From Geosiphon pyriformis uo1 (lineage: Eukaryota; Fungi; Glomeromycota): a DNA stretch of 64,000 nt. Within the stretch, counting starts at the first letter, position 1. The number at the start of each line of letters is the position of its first letter. Below, piece after piece: positions 1-12,128 of the stretch. The translations under genes and the position numbers were made by a program. The stretch spans positions 345,585 to 409,584 of the forward strand of contig JAAOMT010000630.1 of the NCBI GenBank assembly GCA_016748015.1, read 5' to 3'. The notes under the pieces were generated by a model. The model was given only the letters and a program-made list of their open reading frames with translations, did not search any database and was not told where the DNA came from.

Positions 1-324
1 CGAATACGAATGAACTTTTAGTATCTTTTAAAAATTTTATTATACTAAATATGCAAAAACATACTTCAAAATAATTTCAAAAACTTCGGGTGAAATGTTT
101 GGCTTTTTAAACACAAAAATTCCATCTTCTTTCTTTGCCCAATCAGCTGATAGAGCGGTGGAAAAGTAATGCGACCTCGCGCATAGTATAAGAGAATGAG
201 CTTTATATTCTTTAATGCTTGGTTCTTCACCAGCGTAAATAATTACATCATGTGCATCGTCTTGTTCCAGAATTTTCCCAATATCAACGAAAAACTTTTT
301 TTGAAAGTCGGAAATTTCAGACAT
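1..324 (-). CDS. BTB/POZ-BACK-TLDc protein B1, partial: exon 1 (324..65), intron donor at 64, rest beyond window start
   Basis: MSEISDFQKKFF...HDVIIYAGEEPSIKEYKAHSLILCARSHYF is a BTB N-terminus. The 260-bp exon ends AA|GTATGT, as in all seven other paralogues. Confidence 0.85.
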
Positions 325-820
325 ATTTAATGTCTTATTCTCGAGTTCTGTAGTAAAATTATAAGCTGGACAGTTTTTATGGCCAAACACCAATTATGAG
401 GCTGGGAAAACTATCATGCACTTTGAACAGTTTAAATTTAATTTTGCCTAATTAAAAATTTCAACCTGTTTTTTTTTATTTCCAGATGGAAGTGCAAAAG
501 TTAATATATGTATTAGCCATTATTAAAGTGATAAACCAGCTACTTCGGGATAATCTACATTTCAATTGGGGATTTGGGGAAGTGATTTTTATATATCCTA
601 TTTCATTATGTTTTTTTGCAGGTCTAAAACTTTAAAATTATGCCAAATTCTCAATGACTAATATAAAATATAAAGTTATAAGTTATATTAATAAAGTGGT
701 AGTATTTATGAATTTTTTGAGTAAATACAACAAGAAAACTGTATATCGTCTCTTGAGATTGGGTGAATAAACACTTTTAAGAGATAATTAGCCTTTAGAA
801 ATTCAATTTAAATATTAAAT
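325..820. repeat. Upstream region of B1, direct repeat of the B3 upstream region 9506..9965
   Basis: Shared collinear blocks, e.g. aattataagctgga, tgcactttgaNcagtttaaatt, tattagccat, ttttaagagat..ttagcc.ttagaaattcaa. Confidence 0.8.
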
Positions 821-2224
821 CCTGGTTTTTTTTAAGAAAAATGCTTTGTCTTAAAAGACAATAACTCACAGAAGATGTAGCAAAAACGAACCGTTCTCAA
901 GGCTTTATCCATTTTGAATGAATTTACTAATTTTTACATTAGACACAAAATTTTTTTTATTCTATGAAGTGAATACATTAAATTTTATACTGTAATTTAA
1001 CTCATCTCAAGGGCAAATACTTAACTATTTTATACAAAATATTTGCCAAAGTGAAAGACGCATAAAACAAATAATAATGGTGGTAACATTTTAACAATTT
1101 TGGACTGACTATTAAGGTTTAGCATTTTTATAAATAATATATTGACAAAATTTATTAGGCAATTTCCTAAATAATTGTTTAATTCAATTGGCTTTATCGA
1201 CTCGCTGAAATCAAAGATAAACTTTATGCAAGGAAGTTATATTAAACTTATTATTAAAGCTATCATTGATGAAAGAAGGGGATAGAGGTAACGAAGATAA
1301 TTTCCGATCTTAGAACTAGATTATGCATTTAGATTGTCAAGCGAAAAAATCCTAAACAAGCATTCTGGCTGTCTATGGCTATTAATAAAAAATTTGTTGT
1401 AGTACATGAGAAACATGAAATTGAAATTTTTATTGCTGCAAAACTTATAGCTAAAAATTATATACTGTTTCAGAAGTATTAATATTACAGTGGCGTCAAA
1501 ATATTAATTCAAGCTAACTCTGATTCAATAAGTTTATCTAACTTAAATCTTAAAATATTTTTGAACGATTTGATAAACTTAAGATGTTTATTTCTTTTAA
1601 CATCTAATTATCCTTTAGAATGTATTTTGAGTTGCACTTTTGCAAGCCTAAAATTGTGTAGTTCTGAGTATTCTATAGTTATGTTAATTAGTAGACATTC
1701 ATCTATCAATTAAGGCAAAACGGTTTGGAATTCAAAAATTTGATATAATCTTTAATATTCTGGAATGAAAATCAGGGCAATATTAATGTTTATAAAATAA
1801 TAGGATCTTTTCATTATAAAGCAGTTTCTAAATAATAATTAATTCATTTTATCAGCTCTCTGAAATCTGAGGTAAAATTTCTACAAGATAATATTGAACT
1901 TGTCATTATGATATTAAAAGAAGCGGCTAGACCATCTCTAACCTTAAACCTAATTTATTTAGAAAACTCTCAAGAAAGTTTATCAATGAGCCATTGAAAC
2001 CCGCAATTATCAATCAAACTTTAAATTAAAGATAGCAATGATACAATGATAACGATAAGCATAGTCAGCCTTTTTGCAGTCATTTGAGTTCCAAACAATG
2101 GAAATGAGGAGTAGGCATCTATTTTCAGATCTCTTCCTTTTCGGGAATGTGATTTAACATAAATTCTTATTTATTACCTGAAAATCTTAGCCTTTGGTGC
2201 TAAAAAAATATTATCTAAATACTA

Positions 2225-2300
2225 TATGTACAGGATATTGTCCTTAAATAGCTTCAAAATGTTTTCAGTTGAATTCAGGTTTGGCCAGCAAGTTGATAGT
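2225..2300 (-). mobile_element. Possible short Tc1/mariner transposase relic
   Basis: Minus-strand translation CWPNLNSTENILKLFKDNI resembles the SPDLNPIENIW..LKDNI motif and the relic at 23.3-23.9 kb. Confidence 0.3.
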
Positions 2301-2400
2301 CTTAATTTTATTTTCATTATATTTATTTTTCAAATTTTGTTTTAGTAAAATTTATTTGTGATTTTTATCAATTTTCTTAAGGCCAAACTTTTATTACTTT

Positions 2401-2865
2401 ACATTCTTGAATTCTTTATTTGTTAAGAATTCTCTTTTAGCTTTTAATTTTTTCTCAAAGTTAATTATTAAACATAAAACAGTATTAAAAAAAATATAAA
2501 GATAATATTTGTAAAAAACTTTACAAATATATAATCACAAAATCTTTGTTAAAAACTATTATTGATTAAAAAAATTATGACCAAAAAAACTATTGTTTAT
2601 TTTTATATTTATGCATTATTAATAAATTAAATATTATTAAATGCAATTAATTTTTTTTATTAACGATACAATCAATTATTAATTTAAAGTTTTTTAATAT
2701 TTTTTAAAATTGAAGTAATAATTAAAATTAATATATTTGTATATCAAATTTATTTTAGATAGTAAATTTCAAAGCATTTATATATTATTTTAATATCAAA
2801 ATATGTATATTTAAAAAAAATTACTTATTTGAATACTATTATTTTTGCTATTTTATTTGAATTTT
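2401..2865. repeat. Diverged inverted repeat of 49735..50192 (distal 3' flank of B2 versus B8)
   Basis: acattcttgaattctttatttgttaagaattctc and following blocks are reverse-complementary to 49735..50192, roughly 75-80% identical by eye. Confidence 0.75.
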
Positions 2866-3447
2866 TATTTTATGATTTATTAAATTTAAAAAAAAAATGG
2901 TTTTCGATATAAAATTAATAAAAAAATTACAAGATATATTATTTTAAATTTTGCTATTCATAAAGTATTAAAGTATTTTTATTTCAAATAGTTTTTTATG
3001 TTTAAAATATTTTTTTTACGTCAGTAAATTGTATTAGACAGCAGATTTATAACTTACTATTTGGGTTATAAAAGTTCTTTATAATTGTATTCATGTTGAA
3101 ATTTAAAATTATTTTATTATTTTATTTTTTAATCAATTTAATTGTATATTGTTAATATATCATGTTATATTTTAGCATTTATATTTTTTTCTAAAATTCA
3201 TTAGTATATATATTTTATTTTAAAAAATAGCAATTTATTTATTATTTTTTTAAGTTCCATGAAAATTTTTTAATCCATTTTTTTTATTTATTTTCATAAT
3301 ATATAATCTTTATAGTTTTTCTTGGGTTCGAGACTGTTCTTTATTCCTGATTTAGCTATTTTTCTGAAACTCAAGAAAAACAATTATTGAATTTATTAGT
3401 AAAATTATAACATAGACTAGTAATTTTTCTGGAGGAAAAAATCAAGT

Positions 3448-5251
3448 TTAATTCTTCGTTACAATTCGAAAAACTTCATATTCTTGCATCTGATAGCTAT
3501 TACCTTTACTTAAGGAAGAAAAAATATCTGGATAACTATACGCTGTAGATTGTTGCCAATACGTCCCATTTATATAGAAATCATGTCCACCACCAAAAGT
3601 TAGTCCATAACTAGAATAGTTATAAACAGCATGTTGGTAATAGGTGGTAATTCGACCAATCTGCCCTGATTGACTACTCGAATCCGAAAACTGAAAAATA
3701 AAAGTAGAAATCGAACTTTGGTAACCTGAATTACTGGTCCAGTTTAGAGGATTATAGGCGCCAACAATAATATTGTTTGATGAAAGCTTTACGATAGTGA
3801 ATGTAGGTCCTTTATTATCACATCTACTATGAAAAGTTCCATCATTAAATCCATCCCGACTGGCGCGAAACAAGTTTTCAAATTTGTAGGAATGCTTTTG
3901 CTCTGATATCAAGTTCGTTCCTGCTATCCAATTACCGATTACAGCTGCGATCTTCTCATCAATTATAGTGGACTTAATTGCAATTGCTGATCGAGCTTTC
4001 AAAGTAGATTGAATTGGTATACTCGAATTCAGATAATGCTCAATGATGTTGTCAAAAAGAGGCTCGGGGAATACCCGCTTATAAGAGAAAACCTTGTGCT
4101 GAAAATCAGATGATTTAATCTCTCCCCATCGGATTAGAGGTAGCAGTGGTTCTAAGGTAGCTGCTACTGCGATGAAGTCTTCTCGGGACCATTTAGAAAC
4201 CTCCTTTTTCAAAGATGTATGTTGTGCCGTACCCCAATCAATTAAATACTCCCAAATTTTTATTTCTTCAATGTCAAGGTCATCCCGTTTCAAGAGCATT
4301 AAAAGAATTGATCTGTCGATAGAGTGAAAACCCTTTGATTCAAAAATTAATTTCGGGTTTGCACAAATATCCTCGAGACAATAATCACGGATGCTGTGAC
4401 ACGCTTCATGNNNNNNNNNNNNNNNNNNNNAATCTCTCCCCATCGGATTAGAGGTAGCAGTGGTTCTAAGGTAGCTGCTACTGCGATGAAGTCTTCTCGG
4501 GACCATTTAGAAACCTCCTTTTTCAAAGATGTATGTTGTGCCGTACCCCAATCAATTAAATACTCCCAAATTTTTATTTCTTCAATGTCAAGGTCATCCC
4601 GTTTCAAGAGCATTAAAAGAATTGATCTGTCGATAGAGTGAAAACCCTTTGATTCAAAAATTAATTTCGGGTTTGCACAAATATCCTCGAGACAATAATC
4701 ACGGATGCTGTGACACGCTTCATGCCTGAAAACAATATCAAGCACTTGCACGGGATTTTGGTTTAACCATTCATGTTTCTCTTTGATCAAGTATTGTTGT
4801 ATATGAGCCGATAAATTATCCAATTCTAATTCATCAACTGCAATTAAAAGTTTCAAAATTTCTGGACCTTCCTGACTTTTTAGGTTAACAGTTGCGCTGT
4901 ATAAAAATCTATTTAGGTTTTGAAAAAGTTTTAACAAATGGTAAAGATGTTTTAAAAATATCCATCAATTACTAAATATTCAAAAGCATACTTCAAGATA
5001 ACTTCAAAAACTTTGGGTGAAATGTTCGGCTTTTTAAACACAAAAATTCCATCTTGTTTCTTTGCCCAATTAGCTGATAGAGCGATGCGAAAGTAACGAG
5101 ACCTCTCACATAGTATAAGAGAATGGGCCTTGTACTTTTTCACGTTTGGTTCTTGACCAACAAGAATAATTACATCATGTGCATTGTTTTTTTCCAGAAT
5201 TTTCCCAATATCAGCGCAAAATTCTTTTTGAAATTCGGAAATATCATACAT
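3448..5251 (-). CDS. BTB/POZ-BACK-TLDc protein B2 (exon 1 5251..4992, intron 4991..4909, exon 2 4908..3448; about 468 aa after collapsing the gap duplication)
   Basis: BTB (HDVIILVGQEPNVKKYKAHSLILC), BACK (LLKRDDLDIEEIKIWEYLIDWG) and TLDc (LFRASRDGF..FHSRCDNKGPT, VGAYNPLNW, FGGGHDF, EYEVF) motifs. A phase-2 GT-AG intron joins ILK to FLYSATV. Confidence 0.85.
4117..4724. other. Assembly artefact: 294-bp duplication (4117..4410 = 4431..4724) around a 20-N gap
   Basis: Both sides of the N run carry the same sequence. Merging them restores one open exon of normal paralogue length. Confidence 0.9.
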
Positions 5252-5257
5252 ATTATA

Positions 5258-6525
5258 CAGTCTGGTAAGAAAAAAATTCGAAAAATATGAACCTATTAAG
5301 ATTGCGTTTGATTTAACCATTTTTGGTAAGTTTTGTGAAGGTAAAAAGGGAAACAGAATATTAGGTAATTTGCTGAGCTCTAAAAACATTTTCTCACATA
5401 TTAACTAATAGTTTTTTTTAAAACTTGTCTTTGAAATGCCGACTTCAAAGCAAAAAATGCAATGGCACGTCGTATTACATTTTTGGAAGCAAGAAATATG
5501 AAAGGTGAAAGAAATACAGAATAAAACAAATATACTCCTTTCTACAATCTATAATATCCTCGAAAAACTCAAAAAAAAAGCATGCGAGTGGTAATGGTCG
5601 GCCAAGAAAAATTATGGGAAATTCTTTGAAAGTATTAGGGCAGATTATTCGTAGAGATTCCTCAGTTTCGTCTAGATATTTAGCAATAAAGTTGGCTGAG
5701 AAGGGAATAAATGGTTTTTATGTTACTATTCAAAACCATTTATCCAACCTTAATTATAAAAAAGTCTTCCTTGAGCAACTCCAATGCTGACCGAAGAGCA
5801 TAAGCAAAAATGTGTAGAATGGGCCAAAAAACACTTGAACGACGATTGAAAAAGAACAGTTTTTACTGACGAAACATCTTTTCAACTTTTTCAAAACACG
5901 GTAAAATGTTGGCATAAAGGTACTCGACCAATTCGTCCTATGCTTAAAGATCGAACAAAAATTCTCGCATGGGGGGAATTCTACGAAAAAGGAAAGACTA
6001 GTTTATTCTGTTTTTTTCAAATAATGAATGCTCAATTTTATATAGATATTCTTTGTAACCACTTACCTGAAATTAGAGCAATGCTGGGGGATAATTGGCA
6101 ATTCCAACAAGATAATGACCCCAAGCATACTAGCAAGCTTGCCAAAGAGTTTATTGCTGAGAATACAACTGATTTGTTAGGGTGGCCATCTAATAGTCCC
6201 GACTTAAACCCAATAGAAAACCTTTGGGCTATTGTTAAAAAGAATGTAGAAAAAAGAATGCCTCAAAATCGTAGTGAATTAGAGAGATTTATGGGGGAAG
6301 AGTGGCAAGATATTCCTGAATCTACCTTAATTGGTTTAGTAGGATCAATGAGGCGGCGTTGTGAAATGATAATTGAGACAAATGGTGAAAGAATTTCCTA
6401 TTAATTTTATTAAAAAAAATTATATGATATTTGACTTTCTAATAAAAGTTGTTTTATGTAATTTGGTACATTAGTTAAGACATAGTAATTATTTTTATAT
6501 TTCCAATTTTTTTCTTACCAGACTG
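5258..6525 (+). mobile_element. Tc1/mariner DNA transposon, 1268 bp, DD34E type
   Basis: Perfect 21-bp TIRs CAGTCTGGTAAGAAAAAAATT (5258..5278, 6505..6525). TA duplication at 5256-57 and 6526-27. The empty site is visible upstream of B3. Confidence 0.95.
5436..6404 (+). pseudogene. Tc1-like transposase with stops and frameshifts; only the DDE C-terminal half (5940..6404) is open
   Basis: GRPRK, VFTDETSF, FQQDNDPKH and WPSNSPDLNPIENLW motifs, with 34 residues between D2 and E. In-frame TGA stops occur in the N-terminal half. Confidence 0.9.
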
Positions 6526-6527
6526 TA

Positions 6528-7967
6528 TATATTATTCCCGAGCTCTGTAGGAAAAATTATAAGCTGGATAGATTTTATAGCCAAAAACCAATAATGAGGC
6601 GTTACTTTTTTCGAATTGGATTTTATAAGTTAAATGTGACAATTGGCTTCGCTGTTTTGTATTTTTATTCAGCACAAATTGGTATTAGTTATTATTGGAG
6701 GGAATAAAAGCAAACCAATTAGCAACTTTGAGAATTTGCATTGTGCTGATTTCTAAGACTTGAATAAGATTTATCCAACGAGATATTTGATCATCTGCTT
6801 ATTTTACCGAGATTTCAGGTTTAATTTCTAACCTATTCAAGAGATAAAAATACCACCCGCGTAAAGTAAAATTTCATTGTTATTGTTCACTTTTAAGGTA
6901 AAACAATGACAATTGAAAATCGCGCAAAATCTTTTGCTAACCTATTCACACAATTTTTTCAAATCAAAAGATTTCAGTGATCTTTTTATAATAAACGCAA
7001 ATAAAAAAATCACAGAAATTTTGGATCTTATCAGAAATGGCAGCTGNNNNNNNNNNNNNNNNNNNNNNNNNNNNNNNNNNNNNNNNNNNNNNNNNNNNNN
7101 NNNNNNNNNNNNNNNNNNNNNNNTTAAACAAAAAAGTAATTATATTCTAGAATGCTTTTATAACCAAGTCAGCAATTTTTTTTAGATTTCAAAAAGTTTA
7201 AGCTTTGCAATTATCAAAATTAATATTTAAATAAAATTATATTTAATAAAAAACTCTTAAATATTAATACTGCTACAAGTGTTAAAGTTTGGATTATTTG
7301 GTTTTGAAATACAAAATGCTTTTTTTAGCTATTAAAATCTGCTGTAAAGTTATTTGTTATGTTTAAAGTTTTTGTAAATCAGTTTGTTAATTAGTTTTTT
7401 ATGTCAAAACTATTGTTTTATTTCAAGTGTTTTATTTTGTAGACTCTAAAAATAGGTTTAAATCTGTAATTAAATCTATTGGTTTTTAGTTATTTTTTTA
7501 CTGGCTGTTAAAAATATATTTATAACAAGCTTAAATTCTTGGCATTTATCGTTGGGAACTCAGGATAGAGTTTTTTTAAGTTGGTTATTAATATATATTA
7601 AAATAAGTATGAAGCATGTTTATTAAATAGCAATAAAATAATTAATGCTATTGATTTTTTATTAAGTGAATATGTATTTAGTAATCTAATAATTCTTTAA
7701 GGTTATTAAAAAAGCTATAAAAATCAGGGATAGCGAATTCATTTAAGATAGTAGTTAAATAATTATTGTGGCTGGTCACGTGTTGTTTGTAGCCTGATCC
7801 ACATCTAATATACAATAGTTGGTGGTTGGACTACACTTGTTTGGCAATAATAAAAAATAAATATAAATATAATAAAATTAAAATTTTATTATGTTAATTA
7901 TTATTTATAATTTTTGTTCAACTTTATTAGAATGTATTTTAGAAAATACTTCCATATAATAAATTTA
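6528..7967. repeat. Inverted repeat arm matching 45552..47135 (spacer upstream of B2 and of B8)
   Basis: 7560..7967 is nearly identical to the reverse complement of 45552..45959. 6601..7046 matches 46497..46960 with a few substitutions and indels. Both N gaps start at the same homologous base. Confidence 0.9.
7124..7880 (+). mobile_element. Probable 3' end relic of a non-LTR retroelement with an A-rich tail
   Basis: T-rich decayed coding-like sequence of the same character as 58.5-60.4 kb. It ends in ggtggttggactacacttgtttggcaataataaaaaat, a motif that recurs at 11516 and 11599. Confidence 0.4.
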
Positions 7968-8027
7968 GAGCAAAGAAATAATCATGTTAGATACCACTCT
8001 TAAAAGGGAAAAAATCAAGTTAAATGG

Positions 8028-9505
8028 TTATAAAACTTTAAAAACTTCATAGTCTTGCATTTGTAGGCTACTATTTCCAAGGCTTGAAAAAATGTTGGGA
8101 TAGGTGTGTACTGAACTGTGGTACCAATAATTTCCACTTATATAAAAATCATGTCCACCACCAAAAGTTGGTCCATAACTAGAATAGTTATAAACAGCAT
8201 ATTGGTAATTGGTGGTAATTCGACCAATCTGCCCTGATTGACTACTCGAATCCGAAAACTGAAAAATAAAAGTAGAATTCGAATTTTGGTAAGTTCCATT
8301 ACTGTTCCAGTTTAGAGGATTATAACCGCCAACAATAATATTGTTTGATGAAAGCTTTACGATAGTGAATGTAGGTCCTTTATTATCACATCTACTATGA
8401 AAATTTCCACTATCAAATCCATCCCGACTGGCGCGAAACAAGTTTTCAAATTTGTAGGAATGCTTTTGCTCTGATATCGAGTTCGTTCCTGCTATCCAAT
8501 TACCGATTACTCTTGCGATCTTCTCATCAATTATAGTGGAGTCAATTTGAGCTCGTAATCGAGGTTTCAAAGTAGATTGAATTGGTATACTCGAATTCAG
8601 ATAATGCTCAATGATGTTGTCAAAAAGAGGCTCGGAGAATACCCGCTTATAAGAGAAAACCTTGTGCTGAAAATCAGATGACTTAATCTCTTCCCATCGG
8701 ATTAGAGGTAGCAGTGGTTCTAAGGTAGCTGCTACTGCGATGAAGTCTTCTCGGGACCATTTAGAAACCTCCTTTTTCAAAGATGTGTGTTGTGCCGTAC
8801 CCCAATCAATTAAATACTCCCAAATTTTTATTTCTTCAATGTCAAGGTCATCCCGTTTCAAGAGCATCAAAAGAATTGATCTGTCGATAGAGTGAAAACC
8901 CTTTGATTCAAAAATTAATTTCGGGTTTGCACAAATATCCTCGAGACAATAATCACGGATGCTGTGACACGCTTCATGTCTGAAAACAATATCAAGCACT
9001 TGCACGGGATTTTGGTTTAACCATTCACGTTTCTCTTTGATCAAGTGTTGTTGTATATGAGCTGATAAATTATCCAATTCTAATTCATCAACTGCAACCA
9101 AAAGTTTCAAAATTTCTGGAGCTTCCTGACTTTTCAGGTCAACCGTTGCGCTGTATAAAAATCTATTTAGGTTTTGAAAAAGTTTTAACAAATGGTAACG
9201 ATGTTTTAAAAATATTAATTAAATGCTAAATATTCGAAAGCATACTTCAAGATAACGTCAAAAACTTTGGGTGAAATGTTCGGCTTTTTAAACACAAAAA
9301 TTCCATCTTGTTTCTTTGCCCAATTAGCTGATAGACCGGTGCGAAAGTAACGCGACCTCGCACATAGTATAAGAGAATGGGCTTTATATTCTTTAATGTT
9401 TGGTTTTTCACCGGCGCAAATAATTACATCATGTGCATTGTTTTGTTCCAGAATTTTCCCAATATCAGCGCAAAATTCTTTTTGAAATTCGGAAACATCA
9501 GACAT
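8028..9505 (-). CDS. BTB/POZ-BACK-TLDc protein B3 (exons 9505..9246 and 9162..8028; 464 aa)
   Basis: Same motifs as B2. 83-bp GT-AG intron at 9245..9163. The spliced frame is open. Confidence 0.92.
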
Positions 9506-12128
9506 ATTATATATATTATAGGAAAAATTATAAGCTGGATAGTTTTTATAGCCAAAAACCAATAATGAGGCTGGAAGAAATATTATGCACTTTGACCAGT
9601 TTAAATTTAAGTTTGCCCTAATTAAAAATTTCAACCTGTTTTTTTATTTTTAAATGGAAATGCATGTATTAGCCATCATTAGAGTGATAACCAGCGACTT
9701 TCAGATGATACATTAACCTATATTTTAGTTGGGGGTTTGGGGTCAAATAATTTTTATATAGCCTATATCAGTAAGTTTTTTTGCCGCCTCTAAACTTTAA
9801 CATTATTCCAATTTTAATTGATTAATATAAAATTGAAAATAATAAATTAGCTTAATAAAATGTAGTATTTATTAATGTTTTAAATAATATGACAAAGAGT
9901 TACTCATACTGCATAAATACTTTTAAGAGATGATTAGCCATTAGAAATTCAACTTAAATATTAAAAAATTGTATTTAAATATTTAGACAAATTTTATTAG
10001 GCTTTAGTATGATCAGAAATTAACTTTAGAAATAAATTTTTGAATAAATATCTTTATTTAAATAGACAAATATAAAATAATGTTAAGAAATATTCATAAA
10101 ACTTTGTGAGCTGCAAAAAAGTTGTATTTTATGATATTTTAAATCTTAATAAGTAATATATATGAACTTAATTATAATAAATATTTTTTATCGAGTCATT
10201 TCTTACATTGATTTTAATCTTAATATATTAATCTTGATATTGCTATGCAAAAGAAACAATTTCTAAATTATAAATGCTTATAATAAAAGATGTAATTTAT
10301 TTTAATGATTTCTGATTATATTTCTTAATACTATTGAAATTTGAAATACTTGTATGCTTTTTATATTTAATAATATAACTTTTAGCAATATTTTATATTA
10401 TGACTCTTTTATATATTTTTTTCCAAAGATAATTTATAAATCATAAAAATCTTGGTAAGTAAATTAATGATGTATGCTTATGCTTGAGCCTATGATAATT
10501 CTATATAATAATAAAATAGAAAGAATTAACTGAGTCCTTGATGGGATTTGGACAATTTAAAAAAACTGATAAATAAAAAGAAAATGTCATTTTATTTTAT
10601 TTTATTATATACTTGCTAAATATAAGCCAACAAACTAAAAAATAAACATTGTTTCTTGTTATTCTTTAACATACCTAGAAAATTAGCTTCAAAAAGATCT
10701 TTTGATTAAAAGTTTATGACTCGTGAATATTCCTTGTTAATGAAAAAGAAAAATTCTTTATTATAAAAATAATGTATTAATAGATAAAAACATCAAAGCT
10801 CAAAAATCAAGATAAACAAACCAAATCGAAAAAACAATTATAACCATTTTTTCTAATCTTCCAATAAAGTTATTTTATTCTTTTGAAATAAAACAAATTG
10901 TATATTGTTTCCAAAAACCCAAATTTTAGAATATAACTATTTTTACACTGAATAATATAAATTTTTTAAATTTATTATTTCATGATTATGTAATCAAGAT
11001 TCAATTAACAAATATTCTTAAATAAAATATTATATCGATTAATTGTATAATTACAAAACATAATTTTAAAATTATTAATTAATTATAAATTAATTATTAA
11101 AAATTAATCTATATTAAAAAATAAATTGATAGTTATTTTAATATATACTAATTATATTAATATTAAATAATTTTAATTTATTAAAAAATTTTAATTTTAA
11201 TGATTTATAACAATATTCAACAATTAAAATTGGGTTTACCATTTATATATATATTATTAATTTAATAATTAATTAATTAACCAAAAAAACTTATTATATT
11301 GATACTTTAATTAAAATATCAAAAAATATTTTTTACTTTTATTTTAATATAAATTAATTAACACTTGGACTTTTTTTTCTGAATTTTATTTTATTTAAAA
11401 TAATACATTTTTTTAAAAAAAGGATTTATTTATTTTTACATATTTTATATTATATTTTATTTATTATTTAAAATATCAAAAAAAAATAAACCCATTTTAA
11501 GCTTTTATTAATAACTGGTTGGGCCACACTCGCAATAACAAATAAAAAAAATGAAATGAAATTATAATAAATAATAATATTAGTATGTAAGTAAATAGCG
11601 GTTGGATCACATTTATTAAAACAAAATAATAAAATTAAAAAAATTAAAAAGTAACAATAATTATTACAAAAATAATAATAATAATATAATAAACAAAAAA
11701 AATAACTCCTACTTTTATTTATATTAATTTGAATTCTTTTATAACAATTATAACAGAAAAACTGTTAAAATTATAATTAAACTCATCTCATTTAAAAGGT
11801 TTTATATTTTATAATATTTATATGTATTTTTATTTATTTTTAATATTTTAATATTGAAAATTCAAGATTTGTGTCACCCCCTTTACTAATTTATCATGTG
11901 ATTCAAACCACCGAATTTTTGAATTTTAGCCACAAAACAAATATTAAAAAGCGGAAAGTCCCATTCATTAAATTCTAACCCTTCATTATTTACAAAACAA
12001 TATAAATTTACTTTTTTACCTCAAGAAACACCTTAGAGAATTCGCGAGACGCAGCAGTCGGTCATCTCAGAGTTCAGGGCTCCCCAATATTTGAGGATCG
12101 TAAGGAAGTGGTCGAAGAAGGTATTCGT

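Noticed and set aside
1190-2200. Coding-like, slightly GC-richer stretch (also 16150..16600)
   Set aside because: Many stops and no motif I can assign. Possibly old pseudogenes, which would need a translated search.
4117-4724. Apparent internal tandem duplication or ninth paralogue in B2
   Set aside because: The copies are identical and flank a 20-N gap, the typical sign of unmerged contig overlap.
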